Shown here: piece after piece, positions 55,083-64,000 of the stretch
Numbering within the stretch: the first letter of the stretch is position 1
Layout: every line of letters starts with the position of its first letter
Virus record (IMG/VR): IMGVR_UViG_3300033073_001109
Span: 18,197-82,196 of that record
Length of the DNA stretch: 64,000 nucleotides
Source: a virus
Lineage: Duplodnaviria > Caudoviricetes
Strand: one strand, 5' to 3'
Position numbers and translations under genes: made by a program
The notes under the pieces: model-generated
The model's input: the letters and a program-made list of their open reading frames with translations, nothing else
Told to the model about the DNA's origin: nothing
Databases searched by the model: none

Positions 55083-57404
55083 ATGAAACAAATCACTGTA
55101 GTCAAGCGCGATGGCACACGCGAGCCATTAGCATTGGAAAAATGGCAAGCCCAAATCGCCAAAGTATGCACAGGCATTGCTGATGTGAGTCAGTCAATGA
55201 TAGAAATCAGAACACAATTACATTTTTACGATGGGATAACCACCAAAGAAATAGATGGCATTACTTTGCGTGCCATTGTGGATCTGATTGATGTAGAATC
55301 AAATCCAGATGTAGGTCACACAAATTATCAATATGTAGCAGGCAAGCAACGTCTGAGTATGTTGAGAAAAGATGTCTACGGTGACTATCAGCCCCCGCAT
55401 TTATATGAAATAGTCAAAAAGAACGTGACAGTGGGATTGTATACACCAGAACTTCTTGAGTGGTATTCAGAAGAAGACTGGAACCGTATGAATGACATGC
55501 TGGATCACAGCAAAGACGAACAATACAGTTATGCTGCCATTGAGCAGTTGATTGAAAAATATCTTGTTCGTAATCGTTCCACCAAAGAGATCTATGAAAC
55601 TCCGCAGGTTCGATACATGATTGCCGCTGCCACGGTGTTCCACAGTGAGGAACCCAACACGGCTCGCATGCGTTATATAAAGGAATACTACAATGCGGCA
55701 AGCGACGGCCTATTTACTCTTGCTACTCCAGTGCTGGCTGGTCTGGGAACACCCACAAAGCAATTCAGTAGTTGTGTCCTTATCCGTAGTGATGACGATC
55801 TTGATAGTATTTTTGCTTCGGGGGAAATGATGGCCAAGTATGCTAGCAAACGTGCTGGCATTGGTTTAGAGATTGGAAGACTACGCCCATTAGGTAGCCC
55901 TATACGCGGTGGTGAGATCATGCACACTGGCATGATACCTTTCCTTAAGAAATGGTTTGGCGACCTACGTTCATGTTCACAAGGAGGTATCCGTAATGCA
56001 AGTGCCACTGTTTTTTATCCCATCTGGCATCATCAATTCGATGATCTTATTGTGCTCAAGAACAATCAAGGAACCGAAGAAACCCGTGTCCGACACATGG
56101 ACTATGGGGTGGTGCTTTCTGCTTTTTTCTGGCGTAGATTTAAAAACAAACAAGCGATCACGTTCTTTGACCCTAACGAGGTACCGGATCTCTACGAAGC
56201 CTTCTACCGGGACACTGCTCTTTTTGAAGATCTCTATGTCAGGTATGAAGCACGATCTGATCTCCGGAAGAAGACTATGTCTGCAGAAGAAGTATTCAAA
56301 TCTGGTATACTTAAGGAGCGAACAGACACTGGGCGTATCTATCTAGTGTTCATTGACAATGTGATGAACCAAGGTCCGTTTGACCCTGAGTATCACACCA
56401 TTTACCAGAGTAACCTTTGCTGTGAAATCCTCCTTCCTACAAAACCTTTCAAGCGACTTGATGATGACACGGGTCGAATCGCCCTATGCACCCTTGGGTC
56501 AATCAACTGGGGTGCCTTTAGAAATCCTGAAGACATGCGCCGCGCTTGTAGAATTCTTCAGCGTTCGTTGTGTAATATCCTTGACTACCAAGACTTCCTC
56601 TCGATCCAATCGCAGTTATCGAATGACGAAATTCAGCCGCTTGGTATCGGCATCACTAACCTTGCTTACTGGCATGCCAAACGCGGACTGCAATACGGTG
56701 ACAAGGACGCTCTTTCCGAGGTTAAGTCGTGGATGGAACACCAAGCCTACTACCTCACAGAAGCGACGGTTGAACTTGCCAAAGAGCGAGGCCGTTGCAA
56801 AGATAGTGACCGCACCTGGTATGGTCGTGGTGTCTTTCCTTGGGAACGACGTGCCGCCGGGGTCAACGAACTCGTGGACTTTACGCCTGAACTAAACTGG
56901 GAAGGACTGCGAGCAGAAATGCGAGCCTATGGTGTGCGTAATGCTACACTGATGGCCATTGCTCCTGTAGAGTCAAGTTCAGTTGTGATTAACTCGACCA
57001 ACGGCATTGAAATGCCTATGAGCTTGATTACAGTGAAAGAATCCAAAGCAGGTAGCCTTACACAAGTTGTGCCTGAGTATCACAAACTCAAGAACAAGTA
57101 TCAACTAATGTGGGCACAGAAGGACTGTGATGGTTATTTGAAAACAGCGGCAGTGCTGGCAGCCTATGTAGATCAATCAATCAGCACCAACACATTCTAC
57201 AATCCAGCGCACTTTGCAGATCGCAAAGTGCCAACCACACTGATTGCTCGCAACCTCATGCTGGCCCATCACTGGGGTCTCAAAACATTCTACTACAGTC
57301 TTATCAACAAACAAGGCGCTAAAGCCAAAGACGAAGACTTAATCGATCTGCCTCACAATATTGAAATTATTGAAGAGGAAGATTGTGAAGCATGTAAACT
57401 TTAA
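55083..57404 (+). CDS. nrdA: Class Ia ribonucleotide reductase alpha subunit with ATP cone
   Basis: [36 protein letters not shown]. Confidence 0.96.
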   Translation: MKQITVVKRDGTREPLALEKWQAQIAKVCTGIADVSQSMIEIRTQLHFYDGITTKEIDGITLRAIVDLIDVESNPDVGHTNYQYVAGKQRLSMLRKDVYGDYQPPHLYEIVKKNVTVGLYTPELLEWYSEEDWNRMNDMLDHSKDEQYSYAAIEQLIEKYLVRNRSTKEIYETPQVRYMIAAATVFHSEEPNTARMRYIKEYYNAASDGLFTLATPVLAGLGTPTKQFSSCVLIRSDDDLDSIFASGEMMAKYASKRAGIGLEIGRLRPLGSPIRGGEIMHTGMIPFLKKWFGDLRSCSQGGIRNASATVFYPIWHHQFDDLIVLKNNQGTEETRVRHMDYGVVLSAFFWRRFKNKQAITFFDPNEVPDLYEAFYRDTALFEDLYVRYEARSDLRKKTMSAEEVFKSGILKERTDTGRIYLVFIDNVMNQGPFDPEYHTIYQSNLCCEILLPTKPFKRLDDDTGRIALCTLGSINWGAFRNPEDMRRACRILQRSLCNILDYQDFLSIQSQLSNDEIQPLGIGITNLAYWHAKRGLQYGDKDALSEVKSWMEHQAYYLTEATVELAKERGRCKDSDRTWYGRGVFPWERRAAGVNELVDFTPELNWEGLRAEMRAYGVRNATLMAIAPVESSSVVINSTNGIEMPMSLITVKESKAGSLTQVVPEYHKLKNKYQLMWAQKDCDGYLKTAAVLAAYVDQSISTNTFYNPAHFADRKVPTTLIARNLMLAHHWGLKTFYYSLINKQGAKAKDEDLIDLPHNIEIIEEEDCEACKL

Positions 57405-57412
57405 GGAATACA

Positions 57413-58621
57413 ATGAAAAAACGTAATTATACATCAGAAACAGTTCGTCGCCTCCAAGGTTCGGTTCAAGTTGAACATACATTGGCCAAACTAGGCGCCG
57501 CAAATCTAAGAATGCTTTTGGCCAATGAACCCTACATCAATACACTAGGTGCCTATAACGGTCAGATGGCTGTACAACATGCCAAGGCCGGACTCAAGGC
57601 AATCTATTTGAGTGGGTGGCAAGTGGCTGCTGCCAACAACACAGCATTACAAACATATCCGGATCAAAGTCTTTATCCTGTGAACTCTGTTCCACAGGTC
57701 GTGCGCGGGATCAACAATGCTTTCCGTCGCGCTGATCAAATTGAACATGCTGAGGGCAAAGTAACCACAGATTACTTCCTGCCAATTGTTGCTGATGCGG
57801 AAGCAGGCTTCGGCGGTGCGTTAAACGCATATGAACTCATGATGGCTATGATCGAAGCAGGAGCTGCTGGTGTACATTTTGAAGATCAATTGTCGAGCGA
57901 AAAGAAATGTGGTCATTTAGGTGGTAAGGTTCTTATCCCTACTAGCCAGGCTATTCGCAATCTACAGGCCGCTCGTCTAGCCGCCGACGTAGCAGGTGTT
58001 GATACAGTTATCATGGCTCGTACTGACGCCGAGTCCGCCACGCTAATCACCTCAGACCATGATCCATTAGACCGGGATTTTATTATCAATGAACGCACTG
58101 AAGAAGGTTTTTACAAATTTAAAAATGGCCTTGATGCATGTATTAGCCGAGGTCTTGCTTATGCCCCTTACGCTGATCTCCTTTGGTTCGAAACTTCAAC
58201 GCCAGACATTGCACAAGCTAGAAAGTTTGCAGACGCCATCCATGCTCATTACCCTGATCAAATGCTGGCCTATAATTGCAGTCCTAGTTTTAATTGGCGT
58301 AAGTTTTTGAGCGAGGACGAATGCGAAACATTCCAGCGTGAACTGGGTGAACTGGGTTATAAATTTCAGTTTATTACACTAGCGGGTTTCCACTCAGTTA
58401 ACCTAGCAACCTTTGAGTTGGCCGAAGCATACCGTCAACGTGGCATGGCTGGATATTCAGAAATGCAACAACGTGAGTTTGAGGCGCAAGAACGTGGCTT
58501 TACCACAGTTCGTCATCAGCGTGAAGTAGGTGTTGGTTACTTTGATTTGATCTCAGAGGCGGTGGGTGCTACATCAACTGTGGCAAATAAAACATCTACT
58601 GAAGCGGACCAGTTTCATTGA
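57413..58621 (+). CDS. aceA: Isocitrate lyase
   Basis: [59 protein letters not shown]. Confidence 0.95.
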   Translation: MKKRNYTSETVRRLQGSVQVEHTLAKLGAANLRMLLANEPYINTLGAYNGQMAVQHAKAGLKAIYLSGWQVAAANNTALQTYPDQSLYPVNSVPQVVRGINNAFRRADQIEHAEGKVTTDYFLPIVADAEAGFGGALNAYELMMAMIEAGAAGVHFEDQLSSEKKCGHLGGKVLIPTSQAIRNLQAARLAADVAGVDTVIMARTDAESATLITSDHDPLDRDFIINERTEEGFYKFKNGLDACISRGLAYAPYADLLWFETSTPDIAQARKFADAIHAHYPDQMLAYNCSPSFNWRKFLSEDECETFQRELGELGYKFQFITLAGFHSVNLATFELAEAYRQRGMAGYSEMQQREFEAQERGFTTVRHQREVGVGYFDLISEAVGATSTVANKTSTEADQFH

Positions 58622-58809
58622 ACTCGCTGGAACGAATCTGGGCCAGAGCCACTGGCCATTTAATGGGCAATACCGACGAAGATCGTCCAGATGTACCCAT
58701 TCTTACTTTGCGTGAAGCTCGAATAGCCTTGTGGCTCAAGACATTCTGGGTTATAATACATGTGATAACCTGTTGCTTCATTATAGCAAATACAATAAGA
58801 CACTGGTAA
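58618..58809 (+). CDS. Small membrane protein
   Basis: C-terminal hydrophobic helix; overlap with the aceA stop. Confidence 0.6.
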   Translation: MNSLERIWARATGHLMGNTDEDRPDVPILTLREARIALWLKTFWVIIHVITCCFIIANTIRHW

Positions 58810-58813
58810 TACT

Positions 58814-59923
58814 ATGAGCAAACAACAATACGATTTAAAAATAAAAACAGATTATCTGCAACGCAAGATGTTCTTGGATCCAGCCGGTCCTGTTACCATT
58901 CAACGATTTGAAGAAGTTAAGTACAACAAGATTGTTAAATTTGAACAAGAGGCTCGTGGATTCTTTTGGGTACCAGAAGAAATTAGCTTGACCAAAGATG
59001 CACAGGATTTTAAAGAAGCATCAGACACTGTAAAGCATATCTTTACTTCAAACCTACTGCGCCAAACTGCTTTGGACAGTCTGCAAGGTCGCGGCCCAAG
59101 TCAGATCTTCACACCTGTGGTTTCAATTCCTGAACTAGAAGCTTTGGTGTACAACTGGACATTTTTTGAGACCAATATTCACAGTCGTTCATACAGTCAT
59201 ATCATTCGTAACATTTACAATGTGCCCAAAGATGTGTTTAACACTATTCATGACACAGAAGAAATAGTGGCCATGGCATCCAGCGTAGGCAAGTACTACG
59301 ATGACTTGCATCTGTTTAATTGTATCAAAGAAACAGACAGCGACCCGAATAATTCGCCCGAAGAAGGACACATACGAGCAATCTGGATGGCACTGAACGC
59401 CAGTTATGCACTGGAAGCCTTCCGCTTCATGGTTAGTTTTGCAACCAGTCTGGCCATGGTTGAAAACAAAATTTTCATCGGCAATGGAAACATTATTAGC
59501 TTGATTCTGCAAGATGAGATCTTGCACAAAGAGTGGACTGCTTGGTTGATCAATCAAGTGGTAAAAGAAGATCCACGCTTTGCCAAAGTTAAACAAGAGT
59601 GTGAGGCAGAAGTCTATGCTATGTACATGGATGTTATCAATGAAGAAAAAGCCTGGGCTGATTATTTGTTCAAGTATGGTCCAGTGATTGGACTCAATGC
59701 GCAAATCCTCAAAGACTTTGTGGACTTTACAGCAGCCGGTGCTCTCAAAGAAATTGGTATCAAATACAATCATCCAGCACCAAAGAGCACGCCGATTCCG
59801 TGGTTTAACAAACACGTAGATGTCAGCAAGAAACAAACTGCATTGCAAGAAAATGAATCAACTAATTATGTTATTGGTGTCATGAGTGATGCCATTGACT
59901 ACGAAGAGTTGCCAGATCTATGA
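58814..59923 (+). CDS. nrdB: Class Ia ribonucleotide reductase beta subunit
   Basis: FFWVPEE, LDSLQGR, ETNIHSRSY (radical Tyr), LEAFRF, DEILH. Confidence 0.96.
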   Translation: MSKQQYDLKIKTDYLQRKMFLDPAGPVTIQRFEEVKYNKIVKFEQEARGFFWVPEEISLTKDAQDFKEASDTVKHIFTSNLLRQTALDSLQGRGPSQIFTPVVSIPELEALVYNWTFFETNIHSRSYSHIIRNIYNVPKDVFNTIHDTEEIVAMASSVGKYYDDLHLFNCIKETDSDPNNSPEEGHIRAIWMALNASYALEAFRFMVSFATSLAMVENKIFIGNGNIISLILQDEILHKEWTAWLINQVVKEDPRFAKVKQECEAEVYAMYMDVINEEKAWADYLFKYGPVIGLNAQILKDFVDFTAAGALKEIGIKYNHPAPKSTPIPWFNKHVDVSKKQTALQENESTNYVIGVMSDAIDYEELPDL

Positions 59924-60132
59924 TTTCTGAAAAACAGTGGTATTATGATCGTGCCGATTGGCAAGAGACATTTGCTGTAATACCACGACGGTGTGATATC
60001 AGTGATCGATGGATATGGGGAACCCACTATTGTGGAACTGTAGTTATTACTGGCCCAGGAGAACCGGTGATCGTTAAATTTTGGAATCATCGCGATCACC
60101 ATTTACTTTACAAACTAAAAGGAGAAATATAA
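59920..60132 (+). CDS. Small hypothetical protein
   Basis: 70 aa, overlaps on both sides. Confidence 0.6.
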   Translation: MISEKQWYYDRADWQETFAVIPRRCDISDRWIWGTHYCGTVVITGPGEPVIVKFWNHRDHHLLYKLKGEI

Positions 60133-60362
60133 TGAAAGCCGTTGTGTGGAGCAAGTATCATTGCCCATATTGTGATCAAGCCAAAGCCTTGTTGACTCAG
60201 CAAGGTATTGAATTTGAAGAGCGCAAAATTGGTGACGGATACACCAAAGAAGATCTACTAGAGGCTGTTCCAACAGCTCGCACAGTACCACAAATTTTTA
60301 TCGATGACAAGTTAATCGGTGGATTTACTGAGCTACGTCAACACTTAACAGAAAGAGCATAA
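60132..60362 (+). CDS. Glutaredoxin
   Basis: CPYC, TVPQIF, IGGF; GGAG RBS supports ATG 60132. Confidence 0.93.
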   Translation: MKAVVWSKYHCPYCDQAKALLTQQGIEFEERKIGDGYTKEDLLEAVPTARTVPQIFIDDKLIGGFTELRQHLTERA

Positions 60363-60667
60363 TGCAACTGATCGCAGAACCAGGTAAAGTTTACACCTTT
60401 AAGTTAAACTCAGGCGAAGAGATGATTGCCAAAGTCAAAATGGCCGGCGGTGATTGGGTTGAAATTGAACATCCAGTTAGTGTAGCACCAGGGCCGCAGG
60501 GCATGGGCTTGGTACCATCTATGTTTACTGCTGACCCAGGGGCAGAAATCAAGCTAAATACCTCTAGTATCGCCATATATGCATTGACAGACGATGGCGT
60601 AAAAACAAAATATCTTGAAGCCACAACAGGCATCAAGGTTCCAGAGAAAAAATTAATTCTAGGATAA
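60362..60667 (+). CDS. Hypothetical protein
   Basis: FKLNSGEEMIA; TAATG coupling. Confidence 0.7.
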   Translation: MQLIAEPGKVYTFKLNSGEEMIAKVKMAGGDWVEIEHPVSVAPGPQGMGLVPSMFTADPGAEIKLNTSSIAIYALTDDGVKTKYLEATTGIKVPEKKLILG

Positions 60668-60668
60668 C

Positions 60669-60959
60669 ATGCCAGGGGTTCAGCGTGATGGGGATTCAAA
60701 CACCGGGGGCGGTGCAGCACAAGGCGGAGTAGGCTCTGTGCGTGTCAACGGTCGTCCTATCATGATTCCTGGGCAAAGCGTAACCCCACACCCACCTTAT
60801 CCTCGACGAGGACGCAACGAACACAACAATGGCAGTCAGCAGACTGCTGGCGGTGTTGGCAGTGTTCGTGCCAGCGGCAGTCCTGTGGTAGTTGATGGTA
60901 ACAGTGATACCTGTGGTCATGCTAGAACCGGCGGCAGCGGAGATGTGAGAGCAGGATAA
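60669..60959 (+). CDS. PAAR-like spike tip protein (gp5.4-like)
   Basis: RDGD, SVRVNGRP, DTCGH, GSGDVRAG. Confidence 0.8.
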   Translation: MPGVQRDGDSNTGGGAAQGGVGSVRVNGRPIMIPGQSVTPHPPYPRRGRNEHNNGSQQTAGGVGSVRASGSPVVVDGNSDTCGHARTGGSGDVRAG

Positions 60960-63004
60960 TGGCACAGTACACACCCTTACAACTCACTGCATTATCGCAA
61001 CTGATGCAAAATCAAGGTTTGAATCACTTACCGTCTGCGTTGCAAACTGCGATTATTAATTACAATGCTACAGCAGTGATCAGTAATTGGATAGCAGCGG
61101 TGCATTGGTACAAGCAACAAAGTTTTTTCACTGAGACTACGCTGGATGCATTGTTGAGCATAGGCAGCGGTGTTTGTCCTTCTTTGGGAAACAGTATACC
61201 AACATCTCCACTGGGCACGTTTAACAATTTGATAGCAGAGTATCTAACATACAATACTGCCACAGACACTAGTACCATTGACCCCAGTGGCTTTAGTTTG
61301 TTAGTTGAACAAACTGGCAGTGCTTATCTCGGTGATGGTGACGCCAGTAAGTTTGCACAAGGATTTAGCGCGGTGCAAAGTTATATTGATTCCACAAACT
61401 CAGTTATAACCAGCGCCGCCAACGCCAACAACTATCTAGGCCCGACATTTACTGACATGAACAGCTTGGTCACTGGTGGTATCAGTGATGTAAACCCTGC
61501 ATTCAGCGAGTTTGGTACAGACTTAGCTAACCAGGGGCAATTAGTAAACCCAAAAAACATAACCAATTTTGGAACTCCGGCTGCGTTGTTACAACAATTA
61601 TCCAAGGTTGGAAATATGTTGAACGGAACATTGCCGGGAGTACAAACAGCATTGAATGCTGCCGGGCTAACTGATCGAGACATTGCCAATCTTGTAAACA
61701 ACAATGTACAAAGTTTGTTCAATCCAAACGGATTAACAGCCTATGACTTTGATGTGTTACAAAAGAAAGCCTACAGCGGCATGACAAAAGTAGTAGGTGC
61801 TGATCTAGTTGATGTTTTAACTGTGCTGGATGTGACCACTCCCAACATAGTAACCATGGCAGACTTATTGAATCCTGCTGTGATGTTTCCTAACAGTTAC
61901 ACTTCGTTTTTAACTCCCGGGCCTTCGGGATCAATTCCAGTGTATCAAGGCACTGGCGGGCAAATTAATCCGACCATACAGCCCATAGTTGATGCAAATC
62001 TTCCCAGTGCCAGCGGCTGCGAAGAACTAGGTAAAGTTATTCCTCCTGACCAAGCTGTGGCTAACAAAGCTCTTCAAGTTTCTTTCCAACAAATTTCTGG
62101 TATTACCAATACCACTTGGCCACGCCTGGCAGAAACTGTAAAAGGCTATACCGCCCGCACCTGGGATCTTACTATAGAATATTTTGCCAAAGACATCGTG
62201 AGCTATGGCGCACCTATTCCCACTTTTTATCAGGCACAACAAGATGTTCCTGTGGGTATCAATATTACCGACACCAATTATTGGCTGCCAACAACACTGG
62301 GCGGATTGAATACTATGACAGGTTTGCCATTGATTGAAGCACAGACCACAGCAGTAGATTCCAGCGTGGTTAACTATTTTGCTAACAATGTGGCCACTGG
62401 TTCTGGTGTTGATGGAACACTGACAATAGAAGATGTCATTGGCCTAGCTATTGACAGCAATGATTTTGCTAGTTATCTTGGTACAGCGACAACCACTATT
62501 AATACTCTAAATGGTCTAGGAACCCTCAATGCCCTCAAGACCACTTATCTTAACATTGTAACAGCCGCCAATGATGCCGCAGTTCTTGCGTATATTTCCA
62601 CGGCCAATAGCAATATCTCAACCATTGCCGGTGCACAACCTGCTTATGTTGCAACCTTGAATACTGCCTGGGTGGCCATGGCCACAGCATTGAACCAGGA
62701 AGTTGGATATCAAAATTCAGCCGGTATCGATTACTTTGCACTTCAGGCCAATCAAACTCCCAGCCTGCAAATTTTTGTTCAAAATCTAAGTCGATATGGA
62801 CAACAGACAGCACCTGGAGATGCCGCTGAATTTTTAACCGCGGTGGCCGACATTGCTACCTTGGGTGGCCAAGCCATTGTGGGCTGTCTCAGAGAAGGTC
62901 AAAACTTAGCTAGACTCAATGCTGGTCGCATCACTACCACAGGCACAGCCGTGCCCACAGACCCCACAGTTGACCCCATACCCGCAGTAACACCGGCAGT
63001 GTAA
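60959..63004 (+). CDS. Large putative structural protein
   Basis: 681 aa Thr/Ala/Asn-rich, coupled to the PAAR gene. Confidence 0.7.
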   Translation: MAQYTPLQLTALSQLMQNQGLNHLPSALQTAIINYNATAVISNWIAAVHWYKQQSFFTETTLDALLSIGSGVCPSLGNSIPTSPLGTFNNLIAEYLTYNTATDTSTIDPSGFSLLVEQTGSAYLGDGDASKFAQGFSAVQSYIDSTNSVITSAANANNYLGPTFTDMNSLVTGGISDVNPAFSEFGTDLANQGQLVNPKNITNFGTPAALLQQLSKVGNMLNGTLPGVQTALNAAGLTDRDIANLVNNNVQSLFNPNGLTAYDFDVLQKKAYSGMTKVVGADLVDVLTVLDVTTPNIVTMADLLNPAVMFPNSYTSFLTPGPSGSIPVYQGTGGQINPTIQPIVDANLPSASGCEELGKVIPPDQAVANKALQVSFQQISGITNTTWPRLAETVKGYTARTWDLTIEYFAKDIVSYGAPIPTFYQAQQDVPVGINITDTNYWLPTTLGGLNTMTGLPLIEAQTTAVDSSVVNYFANNVATGSGVDGTLTIEDVIGLAIDSNDFASYLGTATTTINTLNGLGTLNALKTTYLNIVTAANDAAVLAYISTANSNISTIAGAQPAYVATLNTAWVAMATALNQEVGYQNSAGIDYFALQANQTPSLQIFVQNLSRYGQQTAPGDAAEFLTAVADIATLGGQAIVGCLREGQNLARLNAGRITTTGTAVPTDPTVDPIPAVTPAV

Positions 63005-63018
63005 TACTTTAGTAGTAC

Positions 63019-63047
63019 TTGACCAAATAGTCAATATTTGCTATAAT
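63019..63047 (+). promoter_or_regulatory. Sigma70-like early promoter, -10 box 6 nt before ATG
   Basis: TTGACC-N17-TATAAT-N6-ATG. Confidence 0.8.
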
Positions 63048-63053
63048 ACGGGT

Positions 63054-63479
63054 ATGCTTTATTTTGCCTATGGAATGAACACCAACACACAAGGAATGGC
63101 TCGCCGCTGTCCCGGTGCCGTTGCATTTGGCCGTTCTCAACTGCTAGGTCATCGTTTTCGATTTGCTGGCCCGGCTGACGTGCAGGTAAATCGTTTTTGT
63201 CGAGTTGACGGTGTGCTATGGGACATCACAGAAAGTTGTCTAAAGAGTCTGGACATGCTGGAAGGGTATCCTTATTACTACAACCGCAAGTGGGCCACAG
63301 TGGAACTTGACGGCGAGTGTTGCCAAGCTCTTGTGTATTACATGCAACCAGGCAACAAAACTTCTCCGCCTAGCAGTGGGTATTTTGCCACAGTTATGGA
63401 AGGTTACGAGGAGTTTGGTGTACCCACAAAACAGCTCTGGGAAAATGTAACCCAAAGTACTACTTTTTTACCCTACTAA
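63054..63479 (+). CDS. Gamma-glutamylcyclotransferase (AIG2/GGCT-like)
   Basis: YFAYGMN, VDGVLW, LDMLEGYP, ALVYYM, Y...G. Confidence 0.85.
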   Translation: MLYFAYGMNTNTQGMARRCPGAVAFGRSQLLGHRFRFAGPADVQVNRFCRVDGVLWDITESCLKSLDMLEGYPYYYNRKWATVELDGECCQALVYYMQPGNKTSPPSSGYFATVMEGYEEFGVPTKQLWENVTQSTTFLPY

Positions 63480-63493
63480 ACTGTAGGGTTTTT
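63470..63493 (+). terminator. Stem-loop with U-tract immediately before an early promoter
   Basis: ACCCTAC-taaact-GTAGGGT-TTTT. Confidence 0.6.
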
Positions 63494-63497
63494 CCAG

Positions 63498-63535
63498 TTG
63501 ACCAGAATTTCCCATTTTGCTATAATAATGACATA
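63498..63535 (+). promoter_or_regulatory. Sigma70-like early promoter
   Basis: TTGACC-N17-TATAAT-AATGACATA. Confidence 0.8.
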
Positions 63536-63557
63536 GCGTAACAAAACAGGAGCCGGT

Positions 63558-63842
63558 ATGCAAGCACTCAGCACCATTCAGCAAATCAACTCTACTATTA
63601 TGTTTGGTAATCTTACCAACGTAGAACTCAACAGCATTGTTGATGCTGTAAAATATGCTCGCGCTCAACTTGCCAAACAGAACAAACGTTCGTTGATGCC
63701 TGGTGACACTGTTAAGTTCACTTCAGGCCGCACTGGTCAAACCTATACCGGCACGGTGAACAAAGTCAAAATCAAATACATTCTTGTTCGCACCAACAGC
63801 GGCCTGTTCAACGTGCCTGCCAACATGGTGGAGGCAATATAA
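63558..63842 (+). CDS. Early hypothetical protein (SH3-like C-terminus)
   Basis: AGGAG RBS; GDTVKF...GTVNKVKIKYILV. Confidence 0.75.
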   Translation: MQALSTIQQINSTIMFGNLTNVELNSIVDAVKYARAQLAKQNKRSLMPGDTVKFTSGRTGQTYTGTVNKVKIKYILVRTNSGLFNVPANMVEAI

Positions 63843-64000
63843 TGGGAACACCAGTTTATATGACTTTGAAAGAAGCCTGTGAAATTGTTCAAAACTATGC
63901 AGACATACACACCGGCGGCGACATTCTAGCAGGCATTTCAGAAATGCGGGCATGCTATGATGACTTGGACAGAGAAGACCAGGTTGCAGCCACCAGGTTT
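63842..64000 (+). CDS. Hypothetical protein (3'-partial)
   Basis: GGAGG RBS, TAATG coupling; MGTPVYMTLKEAC... open to the window end. Confidence 0.6.
   Translation, partial: MGTPVYMTLKEACEIVQNYADIHTGGDILAGISEMRACYDDLDREDQVAATRF

Noticed and set aside
57405-58813. Intron or homing endonuclease between nrdA and nrdB
   Set aside because: Both nrd genes are complete, and the insert is aceA plus a small membrane ORF with no HNH, GIY-YIG or LAGLIDADG motif
59189-59848. 219-aa minus-strand ORF
   Set aside because: Antisense shadow of nrdB with no recognisable motifs
1-64000. Stop-codon reassignment, as in some jumbo phages
   Set aside because: Core genes are full length in code 11, and TAA and TGA act as stops in coupled overlaps
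1-64000. tRNA, rRNA or CRISPR arrays
   Set aside because: I recognised no cloverleaf/T-loop pattern or regularly spaced repeats in the short intergenic gaps; tRNAscan-SE was not run
1-64000. Cellular or giant eukaryotic virus origin suggested by aceA, iscU/iscA and glycosyltransferases
   Set aside because: These genes are embedded among T4-like sheath, tube, gp17, gp32, UvsX/Y/W and PAAR genes with bacterial RBS and promoters

Overview
A densely coding 64 kb segment of a large T4-like (jumbo-type) myovirus genome read in the standard genetic code. I found no tRNA, CRISPR array, integrase or transposase. In order, it contains: (1) a 5'-truncated tail sheath, tail tube and head-completion nuclease; (2) a block of presumed head/internal proteins, including three paralogues flanking an Ntn-hydrolase, and a secreted nuclease; (3) a radical SAM gene coupled to the large terminase; (4) SSB, UvsX, a second radical SAM gene and UvsY; (5) an 8 kb glycosylation/methylation island with an inverted core; (6) early-promoter cassettes, an AAA ATPase, UvsW, a clamp-loader subunit, a zinc-finger protein and a 192-aa miniature DnaE; (7) primase, helicase and a nucleotidyltransferase/ligase-like fusion; (8) IscU-IscA, a PD-(D/E)XK nuclease and a tailspike; (9) nrdA-isocitrate lyase-nrdB-glutaredoxin, PAAR and GGCT. 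Two promoter classes are visible: sigma70-like TTGACC-N17-TATAAT and late-type TAAATA. Many sit so close to ATG that leaderless mRNAs are implied. The strongest candidates for undescribed biology are the mini-DnaE, the capsid-targeted protein set with its Ntn-hydrolase and NTase-ligase fusion, and the isocitrate lyase inside the RNR operon. All functional calls come from motif recognition by eye; no database search was run, so novelty is unverified.
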